A DNA stretch of 62,532 bases from a virus (IMGVR_UViG_3300048574_000038:1-62532), one strand, 5' to 3'. Positions 8,335-18,345 are shown, counted from the stretch's first letter. The notes: generated by a model from the sequence alone, not told the origin. Made by a program: numbers and translations.

Positions 8335-9014
8335 CTTGTATTTTGTTTTGTCTTTCCTGCCGTATCGTTGCTTCGCTAGAAACATCGTCTACGGCTACCT
8401 TTGAATCAAACGGATTTCGCCAGCCCATACTTTCGTTGCTGGTATTACACAAGCCCGTGTACTTGTGCTTTTACTGGCTATCTTTACAAGTAACCCCTTT
8501 TGCCTTTTATCAAGGCCAGCCTAGTGTTTGTGAAACACTAAACCGCGTTTCGGTTACTTGCTGGAAGCGTTGTTTCATGTGAAACGCATATTGTTTTCTC
8601 CGTAAAGAAAACTAACGTTCACTTAAAACGTACTTCCATCACGCAATCCCATTATGCTTATGCAAGGGCAATCCTTGCCATACTTGGGATATGCTATCCG
8701 CCGTATTGTCTCTTTATATGGCGCAATCTTGCGCGAGACTATCCCACTGCATTACGCTTTCTGAGTCTGCGCAATGTGCCAGTACAGCAGGAAGGCGGGC
8801 CAGTAACTAAGCATGTGCCTAGCTTGGCGGTCTTTACGGCAATGCAGTATTATGAGCGCTGCACCGTGTGACAATTCACACGCTAAGTATAGGGAAAAGT
8901 TAATCTAGTTAACCCTTTCGTTAATCCCTAACTTTTCGCCTTTTGTATCTTATGTGCGGCTTGCGCTGCACAACGTACTAAGGCTTGCGCTTGGTACTTT
9001 CGTACCTTCTCTTG
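8290..9014 (-). ncRNA. Candidate large structured RNA C (about 720 nt), bounded by promoter and terminator
   Basis: Starts just after the promoter at 9021-9049 and ends at the terminator; GGTAC-GAAA-GTACC and GC-GCAA-GC GNRA hairpins on the - strand; dense stems; no - strand ORF of 60 aa or more. Confidence 0.72.
8571..8586. promoter_or_regulatory. parS-like palindrome (second copy)
   Basis: TGTTTCATGTGAAACG. Confidence 0.7.
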
Positions 9015-9020
9015 ATAGTT

Positions 9021-9049
9021 ACCTTACACGAAAGCAAGGAACTTGTCAA
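9021..9049 (-). promoter_or_regulatory. Sigma70-type early promoter
   Basis: TTGACA-17bp-TAAGGT with TG upstream of the -10 and an AT-rich UP region. Confidence 0.75.
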
Positions 9050-9118
9050 GAAAAAACTTTATTTAATTTTCAGCGGGCTTGCGGCGCTTTGAGCTGCCAG
9101 CTACTGCCCTATGTGAAA

Positions 9119-9147
9119 ATCCTACTCTTTTGCGGCGGGCTTGTCAA
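9119..9147 (-). promoter_or_regulatory. Sigma70-type early promoter
   Basis: TTGACA-17bp-TAGGAT, A-tracts upstream. Confidence 0.75.
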
Positions 9148-9234
9148 CTACTTTTTTCACTTTTCAAAAACTTTCTTTTCTTGTATTTGCGGGTCAAATC
9201 TACTCTAGGTTGAGTGCCTACCCTGTTAGAAAAG

Positions 9235-9263
9235 AGATTAAAGAAAACTGGAAACAATGTCAA
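9235..9263 (-). promoter_or_regulatory. Sigma70-type early promoter
   Basis: TTGACA-17bp-TAATCT, AT-rich upstream. Confidence 0.72.
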
Positions 9264-9321
9264 GTAAAATTTTTGGGCTTGTCTTATTTAATGTAGCACA
9301 AGCCCTAAGCTACTGATATTG

Positions 9322-9807
9322 TTAGCTTTTTTCTTCTTGTCTTTTGCAATAGCGGCGAGCTATCACAAGATTGCATGCCCGCAAATGCCTTGCCTGCCGG
9401 ACATTATCCGCAGATACAGTGACCGTCATTGCGAGATTGTCACTTGTTTGGCCTATGTATATGGCCTTGCTGCGGCCTTTGCCTTGTGCAACGTCCATCC
9501 ACAAGGCGTTGCTGATTGTCTTGGCCTTGGATGCAATGCGGCAACCATTGTTTTTATACGTTCGCCGCGTGTTCTTTGCCGGTAATGTGATAACGTCCAC
9601 GCCCTCGATTGTTTCCACAATACACTTGCTCACATAGCGTTGCAATTTGTCGGCCTTGCGTTGTGCCTTGTCCTGCCATTCTTTGCCTTGCGCCATGAGC
9701 CGCATGGCCTCTCCGGCTAACTGCCTTGCTTCCTTGGCGGATTTGCCTTGCTTGCGATATAGCTTTATCAGCTTTTTGATATAGCCAGCCCTTTCGATTT
9801 TGTCCAT
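9322..9807 (-). CDS. Basic early hypothetical protein
   Basis: GAGGAGG SD before MDKIERAG; Lys/Arg-rich. Confidence 0.75.
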   Translation of the reverse strand: MDKIERAGYIKKLIKLYRKQGKSAKEARQLAGEAMRLMAQGKEWQDKAQRKADKLQRYVSKCIVETIEGVDVITLPAKNTRRTYKNNGCRIASKAKTISNALWMDVAQGKGRSKAIYIGQTSDNLAMTVTVSADNVRQARHLRACNLVIARRYCKRQEEKS

Positions 9808-9912
9808 TTTTTGCCTCCTCACTTTTCCCTTTAGTCAATTGTTGTCTATATAGATTGTTCTACCATAGCAAAGCACAAACTATACAGGCTTGTGCCTTGG
9901 CTGATAGAACAG

Positions 9913-10074
9913 CTAATAGTTGACAGTATGATTTGCACCGGGCATAAAATCGTATGCCCAATCTATGCCAGCACGCCATGCCCGCCAATGGGAGCCAAAA
10001 CATACAGATGCCGTGCTAAACCGCATATCGTTATGGGATACTGCCATGACGATACAAGAAAAGAAATTATCCAT
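9913..10074 (-). CDS. Small early protein (53 aa), absent from the ORF track
   Basis: GAGGTAGG SD, MDNFFSCIVMAV...TVNY*. Confidence 0.5.
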   Translation of the reverse strand: MDNFFSCIVMAVSHNDMRFSTASVCFGSHWRAWRAGIDWAYDFMPGANHTVNY

Positions 10075-10170
10075 TACCTACCTCGCAAGTTAATTGTTAA
10101 TCCAATCCAAGGCGCAAATATTCCAGCTACTTGCGCCTTGTATGATTCAACAATCGTAATTCCAGCGGCC

Positions 10171-10335
10171 TTACTCCGCATTGCGTCTGGTAATGTTGTC
10201 TATTTCAATCTGGATTGCCCTTTCTTCGGCCTCTTCACGCTCCTCGGCAAGCCGCCTGCGTTCTTCGGCTGATTGTTCAACCCGTTGTGACCATTCCAGC
10301 AAGAGAGATATGACATAATCGTTTGTATTGCTCAT
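10171..10335 (-). CDS. Small acidic helical early protein
   Basis: AGGGAG SD before MSNTND. Confidence 0.65.
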   Translation of the reverse strand: MSNTNDYVISLLLEWSQRVEQSAEERRRLAEEREEAEERAIQIEIDNITRRNAE

Positions 10336-10899
10336 GGTATTTGCTCCCTTTAATCGCAAAGGTTATTAAGCAGCAAGCTAGCTGATTGCATAGCCAAGTT
10401 TGCCTGAAACATACTCGCGCATTCATTGTAACGGCGTTGCGTCCAGCTATACGTTGTGTGCATGTGCAAGCGTTGCATACGGATTGCTCCAAGAGACATT
10501 GTTTCGAGGCGGGCTTGATCGTAGCGTTCGCGTCCGTAGTATGTGGCCATGTGCATTCTCCTGATGCCTTGCGGCGGTTAAGGTGAACTTGAACTGAAAA
10601 CAATTTAGCAAAGTTTTAAAAGAAAGTAAAGTTTTAATAAAATCAATTAGTTAGCTTTAAGTTCTTGTTGGAGCCTATGCTTCTAGCGAAGCGACGATGG
10701 TACTTGTCTTTCCATTGGTATCGTATTGCAGACTATGTGCCGATTCCGGGTAATTTTTGGGTGCAATTTCGCTTGTTTACGTCCAAATACCTGTAATTAT
10801 TGACAAAAAGTCACAAAAGTGAAGAATTTCACAAGGGGGAGAGGGGTTATAGGGGTACCAGTGGACACGAGGGTGACGGCTACGGGTGCAAGGAAAGCC

Positions 10900-11330
10900 A
10901 TCTCTGTGTATATTTATAAAATTTAGATTGATATTTATATCACCTCTATGTATATTTACTAAAGTTAGCTGTATATTTACAAAACTTAGATAAATAATTG
11001 ACCGAAGGGAAAAAGAAAAGGCCACCAATCTTTTCCTGATAATTCGGAGAAAACTGATGGCCAGTAGTGGGTATGAGAAGTACCAAAGGTACCATGAAGT
11101 TCTTTAAGCTACTTAAAGTAGTTTAATTATTTATAGTACTATATGTAGATAATAGCCTAGAACATATAGTATTATTATAATAAAATATAATATATTAAAG
11201 TATTTTAGTACTTTATGTAGATAAATTAACTATAAGTACTTGACATACTTATAGTATGTATTATAAGTACTTTAAGTTATTTAAGATAAATTTAAAGATC
11301 ATAATAGCCCGCCTTAAGTTTCTTAATTTC
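10900..11330. other. AT-rich non-coding region with short repeats and palindromes (candidate genome end or origin)
   Basis: TGTATATTTA x3 (10907, 10949, 10970), AGTACT/AAGTACTT palindromes, G-rich tract at about 10834-10890 just before. Confidence 0.5.
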
Positions 11331-11406
11331 CGAACTACGGTTATACTGCTTTTTGTTTTTAAAGAAGATAGTTGGTTGAACTGCCCTTTTACGAACTTTA
11401 ATATCT

Positions 11407-12351
11407 TCATTCCGAATTACTAGTTTGAAGTTTGCGCTCATCTTCGTATACATCCCATGTTAGATCTTCCGGAACTTGCTCAGGCAAGTGTGACGTATCT
11501 GTAAATTTCTTTTTATTTTTCTTTATACGAGACTCTAATACCTCATAGCGCGTCTTGCCACTTGCAACTTCTTTCTCCGTCATAAAGAAATTATTATCTG
11601 TGCCTACGAAATATTTACCGGGAAGATAGTTGTAATAGCACCAAAGCTTATTTACACCATTTTCAACGTCTCGAAGTACGAAACGCTTAATAACTTTCTT
11701 ATCTTCCTTATATCTTTTCTCTCGAAGTAGGCTTTGTAGGTGTTTAAGTTCTTTATCATCTGTTTCAGATGGGAAAACTTCACCCGTACTTTCTCTTAAT
11801 TTGTATTCTAATCCATTTAAACCAAGCATTTGGTGAGGATTATCATACAACATCAAGCCTCTTTTGTGAAATCTTAGATTATTTTTAAACCAAAGTATCT
11901 TACTGCCCGGCGTTGCTGAACTATTTTTATGTGTCAGATACCAAGCCGGGTCATTAAATGCATTTTTAGGCGAGCAAACGTGCATAGCATACGGGGATGG
12001 AAGCAAAATAGGCTGACATCTTTGTATGACTTTTGGCGTTGCATTAAATTGATTAAGGCCAATGTTAAAAGTAACACGTCCGGCGAAGTATTGTCCATGA
12101 AATCTTCCGAAATATGGCACTTTTACTTCCTTGCCTTCTCGAATGCACGTTAAAATTTCGTGAAATAAGCAATTTACCAGACGAACTTGTTCAGATCTTG
12201 GTATTGTAAAATACGGCATGATCCGATCCATAAGTTCGCTAAAGCAAATTGAGTTATTTCTTGGTTTACCAGTCTTAGGATCACGACTAACATACGGCAC
12301 ATGTGGTGAAAGACCCCTAAAAGGCAGTCTGTATGTTCCTAAATTTCCCAC
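11407..12351 (-). CDS. Protein with an HU/IHF-like DNA-binding domain and unknown C-terminal region
   Basis: SEQVRLVNCLFHEILTCIREGKEVKVPYFGRFH...RVTFN matches the HU/IHF pattern (L..GE.V.I.GFG.F...R.G.NP); AGGAG SD. Confidence 0.65.
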   Translation of the reverse strand: MGNLGTYRLPFRGLSPHVPYVSRDPKTGKPRNNSICFSELMDRIMPYFTIPRSEQVRLVNCLFHEILTCIREGKEVKVPYFGRFHGQYFAGRVTFNIGLNQFNATPKVIQRCQPILLPSPYAMHVCSPKNAFNDPAWYLTHKNSSATPGSKILWFKNNLRFHKRGLMLYDNPHQMLGLNGLEYKLRESTGEVFPSETDDKELKHLQSLLREKRYKEDKKVIKRFVLRDVENGVNKLWCYYNYLPGKYFVGTDNNFFMTEKEVASGKTRYEVLESRIKKNKKKFTDTSHLPEQVPEDLTWDVYEDERKLQTSNSE

Positions 12352-12393
12352 AACTATCTCCTACTTAAAATAAATATCTGAGTGTGAACAACA

Positions 12394-12675
12394 ATGGACG
12401 TTTCTACAGTACTTGAGTTCTTTAAAGACATAAGCCCGCTGATAAATACGGCTAGTTTCGCTACATTTTTGATTTTGTATTCAAAAATACGGGACATAGA
12501 GGCTACAATAGCACTGCTTGATGGCAGAGTTACGAGATATCTTGAAAGAACAGTAACTGTAGAGCAAGATCTTAAAGAAATTACTTCTTTTGTCTACTCA
12601 CACTACAATCTTACTCCCGAAAATGCTTTGAAATATCTTCATAGGCATAACGGGTGTCAATCTGTAGAAAAATAA
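12394..12675 (+). CDS. Small membrane/coiled-coil protein
   Basis: N-terminal hydrophobic helix followed by heptads; first gene of the late block. Confidence 0.6.
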   Translation: MDVSTVLEFFKDISPLINTASFATFLILYSKIRDIEATIALLDGRVTRYLERTVTVEQDLKEITSFVYSHYNLTPENALKYLHRHNGCQSVEK

Positions 12676-12720
12676 ACATAAAAGTAGCAGTTGTCAAACT
12701 TAATTAGATAGGTATATACT

Positions 12721-13077
12721 ATGAGTAAGTCAATATCCGAAATACGAGATCTTGCTTTAGATCTAAAAGACCAATTTAAAGTACCCTGCGCTATGGCTGC
12801 TTCAAAAGCGCCCACTGGTGTTGGGAAAAGTAAGAATGACGTGCTTGTGCAGCGACTTGCAATGGAGTTTAATCACGATCCGGTGCAAGAGTTAGTTAAA
12901 CTCGCGCAGAGTAATCGCATTAGTCCAGATCTTAAAGCTAAAATCAATATGGAATTTTTGCAGTATTATCTTCCGAAGCTTCGTGCCATTGATACGAACC
13001 CGAATCAAGGCGAAGTTATTCAGATTAATATTGTAAACCCCCACGACATTGTGGATGCTGAAATAATAGACAGATAA
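12721..13077 (+). CDS. Putative terminase small subunit
   Basis: Position upstream of TerL; KNK-type segment (VGKSKND), DP..EL helices, YYLPKLRAI motif, C-terminal beta strand. Confidence 0.6.
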   Translation: MSKSISEIRDLALDLKDQFKVPCAMAASKAPTGVGKSKNDVLVQRLAMEFNHDPVQELVKLAQSNRISPDLKAKINMEFLQYYLPKLRAIDTNPNQGEVIQINIVNPHDIVDAEIIDR

Positions 13078-13095
13078 ATATAAATGAGGTAAGTT

Positions 13096-13416
13096 ATGTT
13101 GCTTAAAATTGTTTACGGTGCTGGTAACAGTTTGTACATTACAGATATTAAGTCTGTAAGTTTTGTAGCTCACCACTCGGATGATGCAGAGATCATTGAT
13201 TTTGACAAAGAGCTTGGCTGCAATGAACGTGTAATTTTTTCAGAAGATTACCTGCGAAATCAAGTAGGCTGTTCTCCTAAGGGGGAAGACGATCGTAAAT
13301 ACTATATGAACTCTGTGTGCATCTATACCCCGGCTACCGATCCGGAAGTTATTTTCTTCACCGGTACCGCGTACCTCTGTGATGATACGGGGAAGACTGT
13401 AGATACACTGAGGTAA
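13096..13416 (+). CDS. Hypothetical protein
   Basis: GAGG SD; C-terminal YLCDDTGKTV motif. Confidence 0.7.
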   Translation: MLLKIVYGAGNSLYITDIKSVSFVAHHSDDAEIIDFDKELGCNERVIFSEDYLRNQVGCSPKGEDDRKYYMNSVCIYTPATDPEVIFFTGTAYLCDDTGKTVDTLR

Positions 13417-13420
13417 TCTT

Positions 13421-14848
13421 ATGCAGATTACTTACGAAGTATCTCCCACTTTCGCACTGTTTCATAAGTGTGAAAAGTTTATGAAATTTGTAATGGGGCC
13501 AGTTGGTTCGGGTAAAAGCTCCAGTTGTGTTATGGACTTGTTCTTTAATGCAATGAAACAAGTTCCAGATAAAGATGGTATACGTAGATCTCGTTACTGT
13601 GTTATCCGCGCAACCTATCCTCAGCTTCGGTCGTCAACAGTTAAGACGTGGCAGGAATGGTTCAAGGATAAGATTCAAATTACGTATACTAACCCGATCA
13701 CTGGCCGCATTCGCTACGATCTTGCCGATGGTACAAAACTTGACATGGAAATATTCTTTGTCGCCATCGAAGATGAAGTAGCGGCTGAAAAATTACGTTC
13801 TTGGGAATTTACAGGTGCGTGGGTTAACGAAGCTCACGAAATACCTGAATATCTTCTTGAAGCTATTCTTCCTGCTCGTGTAAACCGTTATCCATCTATC
13901 AACAGTGGACATGGTGCTGTGTGCCCTCAGATAGTAGTTGACTACAACGCTGTCTCTACGGAGCACTGGCTTTATAAATGGGCTGAGGAAATAAAACCTG
14001 AGAATTGTGAGTTCTTTAGACAGCCTCCTGCGGTACTTAAAGATGCTTCCGGGAGATACTTCGTAAATCCAGATGCTGAGAATTTAAATCACCTTGCTGA
14101 TAATTATTATCAGAACATGTTAGCTGTCGCTTCTACGGAAGTTATTCAGACAGACTTGATGAACATGTATGGTGAACGTAAAGCTGGTAAGCCTGTATAT
14201 AAAGACTTTGAAGATGCAAGTCACACAGCAGTAGCTACATTGACTCCTCCACAAGGTCTCCCTGTTATCATTGGCCTTGACCAAGGATTAACTCCTGCCG
14301 CAGCTTTTACGTACCAAGCAATGGATGGTACACTCTGTATTTTTGATGAAATCTCTACAGAAGATTGTTCTCTTAAAGAGTTCGCAGAAAGCTATCTGTG
14401 GCCGATGATTAATACAAAATACCCTTGGATCAAAAAGAATTTCGTTTGTGTAATAGATCCTGCCGCAGCGCAGAGAAGTATGAACGATGCCAAGGCTGGT
14501 CTAGAAATATTAAAGGAAGCTGGATTACCTGTAAAGCTAGCTAAATCCAACTCTCCTGTAGAACGACGAGAAGCTGTTACACACTTCCTGTTGTTACGTG
14601 ACAAATTTAAGTTGTCTCCAGATTGCCATATGCTTAGACGCGGCTTCATATCTGAATATAAATATGAAGAGCGTAGAGCAGTATCCGGCGAACGGTTCAA
14701 AGATAAACCTTTGAAAAATATGTATTCTCATGTGCATGATGCTTTGCAATATGCTGCTATGGAGTACGTTGGTTCAAGGAAACGGAATAAATTCATAAAT
14801 CAACATCCTAAAAAGTATACAGTCGCTAGCACTATCGGTGGTTATTAA
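13421..14848 (+). CDS. terL: Terminase large subunit
   Basis: Walker A GPVGSGKS, IRATYPQL, Walker B WVNEA, nuclease GLDQG, DPA and HVHDALQY. Confidence 0.93.
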   Translation: MQITYEVSPTFALFHKCEKFMKFVMGPVGSGKSSSCVMDLFFNAMKQVPDKDGIRRSRYCVIRATYPQLRSSTVKTWQEWFKDKIQITYTNPITGRIRYDLADGTKLDMEIFFVAIEDEVAAEKLRSWEFTGAWVNEAHEIPEYLLEAILPARVNRYPSINSGHGAVCPQIVVDYNAVSTEHWLYKWAEEIKPENCEFFRQPPAVLKDASGRYFVNPDAENLNHLADNYYQNMLAVASTEVIQTDLMNMYGERKAGKPVYKDFEDASHTAVATLTPPQGLPVIIGLDQGLTPAAAFTYQAMDGTLCIFDEISTEDCSLKEFAESYLWPMINTKYPWIKKNFVCVIDPAAAQRSMNDAKAGLEILKEAGLPVKLAKSNSPVERREAVTHFLLLRDKFKLSPDCHMLRRGFISEYKYEERRAVSGERFKDKPLKNMYSHVHDALQYAAMEYVGSRKRNKFINQHPKKYTVASTIGGY

Positions 14849-14850
14849 AC

Positions 14851-17046
14851 ATGGCAGAACTTGATTTTTTTAAGTATCCTATACAGCCTGAACAGAACAG
14901 CAATCCACAAGATGAACAACTTGCTGCAACAGAAGCTGCTATTAAGGATACCGTTAAAAAACTTGAAGAAGAGCAGGCTAAGAAAGATAAACTTGATAAG
15001 CTGGTTGCTCCGCTTACTGTTGATAGTACTACTAAAGAAGATGGTGCTAACTACAAAGAATACGCGGATAACCTCGCTATCTTTGTGCGCGATTGCTTTG
15101 AAGCTTCTGAGAACTCTCGTAAGACCATTGAAGATGGTTGGATTAAGTCTCTTAAGCAATATAAAGGTATCTATCAATCTGATGTTGCCGCGCGAATAGT
15201 TCCGAATCGTAGTCAAGCATTTGTGCGTATTACTCGTACAAAAGTTAAGACCGTCGATTCTCGTCTTTGTGACCTGTTGTTCCCGGCTAATGGCGAGAAG
15301 AACTGGGGTATTACTCCTACGCCAATTCCTGACTACTCTCCGCAGAAGAAACAAATGCTTATCCAAATGCATGCTCAGGAGACTGGTGAAGAAGTTACAC
15401 CTGAAGAATTTGATGTGCTTCTTACTGAAACAGCTAAGAAACAATCTACGAAGATGGCCAAGAGGATTGAAGACCAGCTTTCAGAAATGAAGTACAGGGA
15501 GATTATGCGTGAAGTTATTCACAGCGGTAATGTCTATGGTACAGGGTTTCTTAAAGGGCCATTCGTCTCTATCGTTGAAAATAAGCAGTATACCAAACAA
15601 CCAAGTGATGATGGTAGTGGCAAATGGCTGCTTGAAAATTACGACAGGATCATACCCTTCGCAGAAAACGTTCGTGTTTGGGACATCTACCCGGACATGG
15701 AAGCAACGACTATCAATGATTGTCGATATATTATCCAACGTCGTAAAATGAATAAGCATGATCTACTGTGTCTTTCTAAACGTAACGACTTCTCTACGGA
15801 TGTTATTAACAACTATGTTAAGATGTATCCGGAAGGTCGTTATACAAAGAAAGCCTTTGAGCTTGATCTGCAAACGATGGGTGATGTAACAAGTCTTCCT
15901 GCTGATAGCGAGAGCACAGCTCGTAAGTACGAAGTGCTTGAATTTTGGGGATACGTTGATGCTAAGTCTCTTACAGAGTTTGGCGTTAAAGTTCCCGATG
16001 ATAAACTTGGTTTGATTGACATTCCTGCTAACGTTTGGGTTCTTGGTAATAAAGTAATTAAAGCTATTCTCTCACCTCTCGAAGGTGTTAAATGGCCGTA
16101 TTTTACATATTACTACGATAAAGACGAGACATGTGTTTTTGGTGAAGGTATTCCCAGTATCATGTCTACAATGCAGGAAATGACGAACTCTGCTTTCCGT
16201 GCTATGCTTGATAATGCTGCTATTTCCGCTGGCCCTCAGATGGAAGTAAATCTTGATTTGCTTTCTGAGGATGAAGATCCGCGAGAAGTTCACCCATTTA
16301 AAGTATGGATGCGTACAGGTACAGGTAGTGATGCACAAGCACAATGCCTGCGTATGCTGGAAGTACCTTCATACACGGCAGAGTTTGAACGCATGCTCAA
16401 TCTGTTCTCTACGTATAACGATGAAATCACTACGATTCCTCGGTATATGTGGGGTGATAATTCTGGTGGTGCTGGTCGTACATCCAGTGGCCTGTCTATG
16501 CTTATGGGCAGTGCTAACATGGCTATTAAAGATCAGGTAAAGAACTTTGATGATGGTATTACTACTCCATTTATTCGTTCTATGTACCACTGGAATATGC
16601 AGTTTAGTGATGATGAAGACATCAAGGGAGATTATACAGTAATTGCTCGTGGTAGTGCTTCTCTCATTGCTAAAGAAATGTATGCTCAATATCTTATTCA
16701 GTTCCTTAACATTACGGCTAATCCAGAAGATGCGTCTATTGTTAAACGTCCTGATATTATTCGTGCAGTTGCGGATACCTTTGACTTGAACAGTGAAGCT
16801 TTCGTTCTTTCTGATAAGGAAATCGAAGCGCGTAATCAACAGAGTCAAGCTGAGCATCAACAACAGCAACAATTCATGTACAGCATTATTGAAGCTGCTC
16901 GTGAAAATGGTATCTCTCCCGAAGCTCTTATCTCGAATATGAGGCAACTGCAGCAGGAACAGCAGAAGACCTTGCAACAGCAAGTTAATATGCTGCAACA
17001 GCAGAAACAACAGCAACGTGCGCCACAAGCGCAAGGTATGATGTAA
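14851..17046 (+). CDS. Portal protein
   Basis: 731 aa after TerL; YGTGFLKGP, FGEGIP, AMLDNAAISAGP and RTSSGLSML motifs; Q-rich C-terminus. Confidence 0.88.
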   Translation: MAELDFFKYPIQPEQNSNPQDEQLAATEAAIKDTVKKLEEEQAKKDKLDKLVAPLTVDSTTKEDGANYKEYADNLAIFVRDCFEASENSRKTIEDGWIKSLKQYKGIYQSDVAARIVPNRSQAFVRITRTKVKTVDSRLCDLLFPANGEKNWGITPTPIPDYSPQKKQMLIQMHAQETGEEVTPEEFDVLLTETAKKQSTKMAKRIEDQLSEMKYREIMREVIHSGNVYGTGFLKGPFVSIVENKQYTKQPSDDGSGKWLLENYDRIIPFAENVRVWDIYPDMEATTINDCRYIIQRRKMNKHDLLCLSKRNDFSTDVINNYVKMYPEGRYTKKAFELDLQTMGDVTSLPADSESTARKYEVLEFWGYVDAKSLTEFGVKVPDDKLGLIDIPANVWVLGNKVIKAILSPLEGVKWPYFTYYYDKDETCVFGEGIPSIMSTMQEMTNSAFRAMLDNAAISAGPQMEVNLDLLSEDEDPREVHPFKVWMRTGTGSDAQAQCLRMLEVPSYTAEFERMLNLFSTYNDEITTIPRYMWGDNSGGAGRTSSGLSMLMGSANMAIKDQVKNFDDGITTPFIRSMYHWNMQFSDDEDIKGDYTVIARGSASLIAKEMYAQYLIQFLNITANPEDASIVKRPDIIRAVADTFDLNSEAFVLSDKEIEARNQQSQAEHQQQQQFMYSIIEAARENGISPEALISNMRQLQQEQQKTLQQQVNMLQQQKQQQRAPQAQGMM

Positions 17047-17047
17047 T

Positions 17048-17302
17048 ATGACTGGTGCAGAATTAAAAACTTTTGAAAAGTCATTTAAGTCCACAACAGA
17101 GAGTATGTTACAGAGAAATCTGAGGACATATCTCTCTGGACTTAAAGAACAAAAGTTTAATAGGTTGTTACAAGAAGGTACGACGGTTTTTACCGTGGAA
17201 GATAGAAACATTATTATTGGAGAACTTAGGGTCATTCAAAAGCTACTGGATGTTCTGGAACCGAAGTCAGAAGTTATCTCACTGACAAATTCGCAATCCT
17301 AA
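17048..17302 (+). CDS. Small head-assembly protein (hypothetical)
   Basis: Short ORF between portal and scaffold, as is usual in podoviruses. Confidence 0.6.
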   Translation: MTGAELKTFEKSFKSTTESMLQRNLRTYLSGLKEQKFNRLLQEGTTVFTVEDRNIIIGELRVIQKLLDVLEPKSEVISLTNSQS

Positions 17303-17357
17303 ACATTCTTCCAGTAATTTAGGACTTGGCACTTGTGTCCCCTAAAAGGAAAAAAGA

Positions 17358-18317
17358 ATGTCTGATATTAGTACTGTGGCGACCACTCCGGTCACTTCCA
17401 CAGAAAACATGGATAATAGTACAACAAGTTCAACAGCAGATAACCATTTGGACGCTGCCTTCGATAAACTAGCTCGCGAGTGGGACGGTACCTCCACCGA
17501 CGGCAAGCTCGGAGATTCAGAAGAGCCAACACAGGTATCTACCTCTGGTGAAAGTGTACAAACAAGCCAGCCTGAGGGTACGGAAACACAGACTGAAACG
17601 CAACCTGCGGAGCAGCCTGCCACACCGAACCTTGACTATCAGCAGCTTTATCAACAGATGCTCAAAGAGAAAGAGTTGCAACAGCAGAACGTTAATCTTC
17701 TGTATGACCGACTTAACGATCTTTCAGAGCGTTACCAGTCTCTTAAACAAGAGGTTACGAAAGCTCCTGAAGCTACTAAGACGGAAACTCCTCAAGAAGT
17801 ACAGGAACTGTATGAACTCTATCCTGACATTGCAAAAGCAGTGGACAAGATGATAGATTCTCGTACGAAATCTGTACAGAAAAGCGTCGAAGATACAACT
17901 GAATCTAAGTCGCTGCAACTTCAACAAGCAGTGCAAACACTTGCTCAGCAGAACTTTGTAAATAAGGTTATTTCGGTTCACCCCGATATGCCGCAGATTA
18001 TGCAAACTCGTGCTCTGCACACTTGGGTCGATGGCCTTGATCCTATTCAGAAAGCTGGTGCTTCTTACATCATGCAGTATGGATCGGCTGACGATATTAT
18101 CGGGCTTGTGTCGCAGTATAAAACTGCTACAACGAAGCCTGCCAATACCACTACGCAAACAAAAGAAGATCTCGTTGATCGAGTTAAAAATGCCATAAGC
18201 GTTCCGTCTAATCGACAAGAACCTGCGGTAATTAAGACTCAGGAACCTATTAGCGAGCAAGCAACATTTGATGCTCTTGCTAAGGACTATGAGAAGACTT
18301 TTGGTTTTCGTAGGTAA
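17358..18317 (+). CDS. Capsid scaffolding protein
   Basis: Acidic disordered N-terminus, coiled coil, YPD/HPD motifs, directly upstream of the major capsid gene. Confidence 0.75.
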   Translation: MSDISTVATTPVTSTENMDNSTTSSTADNHLDAAFDKLAREWDGTSTDGKLGDSEEPTQVSTSGESVQTSQPEGTETQTETQPAEQPATPNLDYQQLYQQMLKEKELQQQNVNLLYDRLNDLSERYQSLKQEVTKAPEATKTETPQEVQELYELYPDIAKAVDKMIDSRTKSVQKSVEDTTESKSLQLQQAVQTLAQQNFVNKVISVHPDMPQIMQTRALHTWVDGLDPIQKAGASYIMQYGSADDIIGLVSQYKTATTKPANTTTQTKEDLVDRVKNAISVPSNRQEPAVIKTQEPISEQATFDALAKDYEKTFGFRR

Positions 18318-18345
18318 TACTACACATCTTTAGAGGTTATCTACA

